Shown in pieces: positions 59,529 through 64,000 of a DNA stretch of 64,000 bases (its first letter is position 1; every line of letters starts with the position of its first letter). A model generated the notes under the pieces. The model was not told where the DNA came from. It did not search any database and saw only the letters and a list, made by a program, of their open reading frames with translations. Made by a program: the position numbers and the translations under genes. The stretch is from Balneola sp. (lineage in GTDB: Bacteria; Bacteroidota; Rhodothermia; Balneolales; Balneolaceae). The DNA lies in the NCBI GenBank assembly GCA_048267905.1, contig JBLWWM010000001.1:123086-187085 (forward strand), in the 5' to 3' direction.

Positions 59529-59705
59529 AGAAATACAAAATGTCTAAAATTTTGGTCTCTGAATAGTTAAATATATGAAGCCTCAAATATATGGAATGAT
59601 TTGTGTAAGTATCGAGAAGTATTTAAGGCAAAAATTTTAATTTGCGGGAATACTTTTTTTCTTTATATGTGTAAATGACTTTAAAGATTAAAAGTTTGAA
59701 TAAAT

Positions 59706-60704
59706 ATGAAAATGTCTAAATACATACTCACAATAATATTTATTTTGATTTTGTTCTCGCCGATTAATTTGATAGCCCAAGAGAGTCAAGAGGATTATAG
59801 GAATTTAGTTTTAGGTTCTAACTTCGAAACCATCCAATTAGAAAAAGATTTGTCTTACTATTACTTTACTGCTTCTAATAATTATTTAGCTTGGTATGAG
59901 GGGTATACAAATCAAGTTTATTATCAGAACTTAGAAAACGGGAAGGTAACTAAACTTGTTTTTTCTGATGGGAGAGGTCCTTATGAAATCAAATCATTAA
60001 GAGGAATCTCTGTAATTAAAAGTGATGTATTCATTCTAGATTCTCAAAATCAAAAAATCCTAAAGTATAATCTTGATAAGAAACAGTTTGTAAATGAATT
60101 TTTATTAGGGAAAAATAGAATTCAGTTTATAACCAGTTCTTCAGAAAAACTCTATGGAAAAGCGATAAATAGAAATGGTGTTTATTTTGAAATTGATTCT
60201 ACAAATGGAGATATAGAGCCAATTGAAAATTCTTTTAGAGAAGATTTTGTCAGAGAAATGAGTAAAAATATTTTTCGCTTTGAAGGTCCATTTTTAGCTA
60301 ATTCTGAATATATAATTTCAGTCAGGACTTACGAGCCGTCAATGTTTGTCTTTAATTTGGACGCTGAACTCATAGACTTTGAATATGATCAGACAAAATC
60401 TAAGCCAGAATATGAATTTAATGATTTTGGAATAGCTGCAAGACCGCCTTCAAAAAGTTATATGGTTTTAAAAGATGCAGCGCTAAAACCGAACTCTAGC
60501 ATCGTTTATTTGACAAGAGATGGATTTACAAAAAAATATCCCAAAAATAATAGGAGTGTTCTTTATCAATACGATTATGTTAAAAGAGAATACGTAGGCA
60601 CTTTCGAAACAGATATTCAAAGTATTGATAAAATTACAACCAATGATAAGTATTTATTTGTCTACGATGATAAGAACTTTACGATAACAAAAATTGAACA
60701 ATGA
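59706..60704 (+). CDS. AT-rich exported hypothetical protein, probable six-bladed beta-propeller
   Basis: Signal peptide; GRGPYEI motif, FILDSQNQKI, beta-rich repeats. Confidence 0.6.
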   Translation: MKMSKYILTIIFILILFSPINLIAQESQEDYRNLVLGSNFETIQLEKDLSYYYFTASNNYLAWYEGYTNQVYYQNLENGKVTKLVFSDGRGPYEIKSLRGISVIKSDVFILDSQNQKILKYNLDKKQFVNEFLLGKNRIQFITSSSEKLYGKAINRNGVYFEIDSTNGDIEPIENSFREDFVREMSKNIFRFEGPFLANSEYIISVRTYEPSMFVFNLDAELIDFEYDQTKSKPEYEFNDFGIAARPPSKSYMVLKDAALKPNSSIVYLTRDGFTKKYPKNNRSVLYQYDYVKREYVGTFETDIQSIDKITTNDKYLFVYDDKNFTITKIEQ

Positions 60705-60719
60705 TTGTCAGAAATAAAA

Positions 60720-60751
60720 AAGTGGCAAAGCGTTTTATCACTTTGCCACTT
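60720..60751. terminator. Bidirectional terminator
   Basis: AAGTGGCAAAG-cgttttatca-CTTTGCCACTT between convergent genes. Confidence 0.8.
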
Positions 60752-60767
60752 AAAATATAGAATTGGG

Positions 60768-62090
60768 TTACTTAATTCTTTTTAGAAGAACGCCAAAGTG
60801 ACCATCACAACCATGGATGTGAGGGAATGTTTGGTAAGCTTTACCATCTTCGGTGAGCACTTCTTCAGGTACGAAATCTTCAAGAGGTTCTAGCACGAAG
60901 TTATCATCCATCTTAGCAAGTAGTTTATGAATTTGCTCCATATTTTCTTCAGGCTCTAAAGAACAAGTACTATAAACTAAACGTCCACCTAGTTTCACCA
61001 TGTTGGCAGCTTCTTCAAGAAGTTGCTCTTGTAGTTCAACTGCTTTTTTGAGGCCTTCTTCGTCACGTCTCCAGCGTAAATCAGCTCGTTTGCTCAATAC
61101 GCCAGTACCAGTACAAGGAGCGTCTAAAAGAACAGCATCAGCTAGTGGAAGTGAAAGTTCGAGAACATCACCACGTCTAATACGGATATTTTCAGCACCA
61201 TGACTTAAAGCACTTTCAGCAAGTTTTTCTAGACGTTCTGCAGAAATATCAACAGAAAGAATAGAGCTTTCACCGCCAGTTAAATCAGCAAGCATAATTG
61301 ATTTTGTACCAGGAGCAGCACATAAATCATAAATAGTTTCGCCTGGCTGAGGGTCTAATACAAAAGGAGCAAAACCAGCTGCAATATCCTGAACTTGGCA
61401 CAAACCTTTTGCAAGTAATCCTTTTTCTATGAAAGGTTGAACTGAATCAACTTTGTAGAAATTTGGTAACCAATCGCTCGCCTCATATTCGATACCCATT
61501 TTATCCATTCGCATTACAAAATTTTCAGGTTTTGTACGTAGCGTGTTTACACGGATAAAAAATGAAGGACGAGTGTTGTTAGCTTGCATTAATTGGAAAG
61601 CTTCACGTTCGCCAAAGCGCTTTCTCCAACGTTCTACTAACCACTCAGGGTGAGAGAAAGTAGTAGCAACTAATTTGTTACGGTCTTCATAAGCGGGTTT
61701 AGGAAGGTTTTCACCTTCGCGCTGTAAATTTCTAAGAATAGCGTTTACTAAATCGCCTGTTTTAGAACCAAGCATAAATTTAGCAATTTCTACTGCTTCG
61801 TTGATAGCCGCATAATCTGGAGTGCTATCCATAAATAGTAAGTCGTAGATTGCTAGACGAAGAATATTCTTAAGCTGAGGCTTCATCTCATCGATACCAA
61901 CCGATGAAAAATGATCGATAATAAAATCGAGATAGCTTCTTCTACGTAAGATATTTTGCACATACTCCCGAACCTGAGCACGTTCGCGTGGCTCTAGGTC
62001 GTTAGCCAATGAATAGTCTAATACTTGTTCTTTGTCAAAACCGATTAAGATTTCGACGCTTACCGATCGTTCTGATAATTCAGGTTCCAA
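60768..62090 (-). CDS. rsmB: 16S rRNA m5C967 methyltransferase RsmB/Sun (NusB-like + MTase domains)
   Basis: NusB-like AINEAVEIAK..VNAILR, SHPEWL, QDIAA, DLCAAPGTK, DAPCTGTG, VYSTCSLEPEEN. Confidence 0.92.
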   Translation of the reverse strand: MEPELSERSVSVEILIGFDKEQVLDYSLANDLEPRERAQVREYVQNILRRRSYLDFIIDHFSSVGIDEMKPQLKNILRLAIYDLLFMDSTPDYAAINEAVEIAKFMLGSKTGDLVNAILRNLQREGENLPKPAYEDRNKLVATTFSHPEWLVERWRKRFGEREAFQLMQANNTRPSFFIRVNTLRTKPENFVMRMDKMGIEYEASDWLPNFYKVDSVQPFIEKGLLAKGLCQVQDIAAGFAPFVLDPQPGETIYDLCAAPGTKSIMLADLTGGESSILSVDISAERLEKLAESALSHGAENIRIRRGDVLELSLPLADAVLLDAPCTGTGVLSKRADLRWRRDEEGLKKAVELQEQLLEEAANMVKLGGRLVYSTCSLEPEENMEQIHKLLAKMDDNFVLEPLEDFVPEEVLTEDGKAYQTFPHIHGCDGHFGVLLKRIK

Positions 62091-62126
62091 GGAATTCAGG
62101 ATTTAAAAATTTGGGTTTGTGCTAAT

Positions 62127-62151
62127 AAAAAAGGTGAACGAGCCACCTTTT
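62127..62151 (-). terminator. Rho-independent terminator after creD
   Basis: AAAAGGTG-aacgagc-CACCTTTT. Confidence 0.65.
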
Positions 62152-62247
62152 GAATTTATAGTCTGCTTCAACAAAACCAGCCGATACCACTACCGGCTAG
62201 GATAACAAACAAAGATAAAAGTTTAAGAGGGGAGTTGCTAATGGAAC

Positions 62248-63609
62248 TCACAACTTCGCATCATTATTTATTTGGTACCAATCAATTTTTCTGGAAAAGT
62301 ACATAACAAGCCCTAAAATGATGAATAGACCAATACTTCCCATCAATAATGCATAATCTTGAAGCTGAATAATTATGAAAATAAAGAGATATAGGATAAT
62401 TAAAATTCCACCCATTAAGCCCGTAAGAGCATTACTCTTAAGCACTGTTTTGGTATAAGTTGAGATTAGCCCAATGGTAAGAAAGGTTGAAATACCATAG
62501 GCAATATTGAACGAAGTATGTTCTGAAATGGATAATAAAAGTGTATAGAACAGACACAATGCAAGCCCTACAAGAATATACTGGATAGGATGCACTCGTT
62601 TTTTGTTTATAATCTCGATAAAGAAGAAAACAAGAAAAGTAAGGCCAATAAAAAGGATAGCATATTTGATGCTACGCTCAGACTTTTGATAACTGTCTAC
62701 GGGAATGAGAAGATTCACTCCAAATGCTGAACCCTTGACGTTATGTTGAGAGCCAATCCAAGCTTGAGGGTAGTTTCTATTTAGATGTAACACATTCCAT
62801 TGGGCGGTAAACCCGTCTTCATCAATCTCTCGAGAATCGGGGAGAAAGGGGCCATCAAAACTAGGGTTATTCCAATCAGAGATAAGCTCTACATCAGTCA
62901 CTTTCCCCACCGGGACAAAGTTGATGTACTCGCTTCCTTTTAGCTTTACATTGAAATTGAAAGGTCTCGTTATCAACTCATTATTGGAGTTGAGCGATAG
63001 TGAGAGTGGTACATTGATACCAGAAGAAAGCAAATCAGAAGTTACTGTTCCTGGATTGAAGATTTTATTCTCATTTCCCCATTCTAAAGATATTTGGTCT
63101 TCAATTCCTTTGAGGTCGCTTATCCCAAAACTCAAATAAGCTTTATCGAGTTGAAGGTCTTTGGGGTTGATGTTGAAAGTTTCAGGGGCTAGTAGGGCAA
63201 AGTCGCCACTAAGTGTGATATCGCTATTATAGACGATGACCTCGTAAATTCCGCGGTATCGTTTTTCGGGAGCTATACTTCCTGAGATAGCTAGACTTTC
63301 AGGCAACATATTTAAATACTCTGTTCTATCCACCCAAACATTGGTAGAATCTCGAGGGGAGTATCGTTTTTCAGTGATGGTGTAAGGAACCGTCACAAAC
63401 GGGCCTGTAAGTGTTTGTCCCAGGCCCCATTTTTTACCAACCTCATTAATAGCTTGGTTTTTAGTAGATTCACGGTCGTGTACTAAACCGTTAATCATTG
63501 CGGTTGGGATTAAAAGCAGCAAAGTTATTACTGCGATTAATCCCGCTTTTAAAAGCACAGCATTTCTTTCAGAAAAGCGCTGGTTTGGTGTATTAGGTAC
63601 TTCGTTCAT
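62248..63609 (-). CDS. creD: Inner membrane protein CreD
   Basis: WG..Q.L.GP, RYRGIYE, GISDLKGI, LKGSE, SDWNNPSFDGPFLP, YQKSERSIKYAILFI, HPIQYILVGLAL, LLLSISEH. Confidence 0.93.
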   Translation of the reverse strand: MNEVPNTPNQRFSERNAVLLKAGLIAVITLLLLIPTAMINGLVHDRESTKNQAINEVGKKWGLGQTLTGPFVTVPYTITEKRYSPRDSTNVWVDRTEYLNMLPESLAISGSIAPEKRYRGIYEVIVYNSDITLSGDFALLAPETFNINPKDLQLDKAYLSFGISDLKGIEDQISLEWGNENKIFNPGTVTSDLLSSGINVPLSLSLNSNNELITRPFNFNVKLKGSEYINFVPVGKVTDVELISDWNNPSFDGPFLPDSREIDEDGFTAQWNVLHLNRNYPQAWIGSQHNVKGSAFGVNLLIPVDSYQKSERSIKYAILFIGLTFLVFFFIEIINKKRVHPIQYILVGLALCLFYTLLLSISEHTSFNIAYGISTFLTIGLISTYTKTVLKSNALTGLMGGILIILYLFIFIIIQLQDYALLMGSIGLFIILGLVMYFSRKIDWYQINNDAKL

Positions 63610-63622
63610 AAAGTGTAGACCA

Positions 63623-64000
63623 TTAGTAAATTATTTTTTTTGATTTCGGGTATTCTACCTCAAAGTCAATACGAAGCTTTTTTGTTTCATTAGATTTTAG
63701 TTCTAAATCCCACGTGATGATTCCTGTTTCCTTATCTAGCTTTCCTCCACTTATGTCTTTTGGTGTCACTTTGATGCTTTCGTCCGTTGAGACAGGGATT
63801 TGATCTTCTACACTAATGGTTATTGTTTCTGGCTTAGTGTTACGAATGGTGATTTCATAAGAGAGACTTTCGCGTGTTTTACTTCCAAAGAAGCGGCGCT
63901 CTTCAAAGTCTTTTAGTTTTTTTCGTTCTATGTTAATACGCTCATCTTTACCTAAAAGAATTCCGAGAGTATCTTGAAGGGCAACAGGGTTTAGATAGTT
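63623..64000 (-). CDS. DUF4139-domain protein, C-terminal part; begins beyond the window end
   Basis: Manual translation: ...LGILLGKDERINIER...YEITIRNTKPETITISVEDQIPVSTDESIKV...GIITWDLEL...EVEYPKSKKIIY*. Confidence 0.85.
   Translation of the reverse strand, partial: NYLNPVALQDTLGILLGKDERINIERKKLKDFEERRFFGSKTRESLSYEITIRNTKPETITISVEDQIPVSTDESIKVTPKDISGGKLDKETGIITWDLELKSNETKKLRIDFEVEYPKSKKIIY

Noticed and set aside
1-64000. tRNA, rRNA, riboswitch, transposase and parS
   Set aside because: I recognised none by eye in the intergenic regions; tRNAscan-SE and Infernal would be needed to exclude divergent ones.

Overview
64 kb of bacterial chromosome, mostly housekeeping genes. Protein types, a Por/T9SS-like C-terminal sorting domain and Bacteroidota-like promoter boxes suggest the Balneolota/Rhodothermota-Bacteroidota group (inference). 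Core genes: hbd, rmuC, mtgA, uvrC, ECF sigma/anti-sigma, parAB, tkt, polA, alr, tatC, glyA, rpiB, suhB, bshB1, a MacAB-TolC-type exporter, rsgA, lon, uvrD/pcrA, valS, rsmB and creD. I found no rRNA, tRNA, CRISPR array, transposase or integrase. The best candidate for an undescribed system is an AT-rich two-gene cassette at 8438-10968. It couples a MazG-like NTP pyrophosphohydrolase to a GIY-YIG nuclease/DUF2075 helicase that ends in a LexA/S24-like domain retaining both the Ala-Gly site and the Ser/Lys dyad. Other notable items: a WYL (YafY-like) regulator with two matching palindromic operators ahead of its downstream genes; mosaic REP-like repeats directly flanking mtgA; two DnaA boxes before parA; a heptamer repeat tract; and a secreted peptidase gene whose catalytic domain has been deleted. 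Family assignments come from motif recognition by eye, with no database search.
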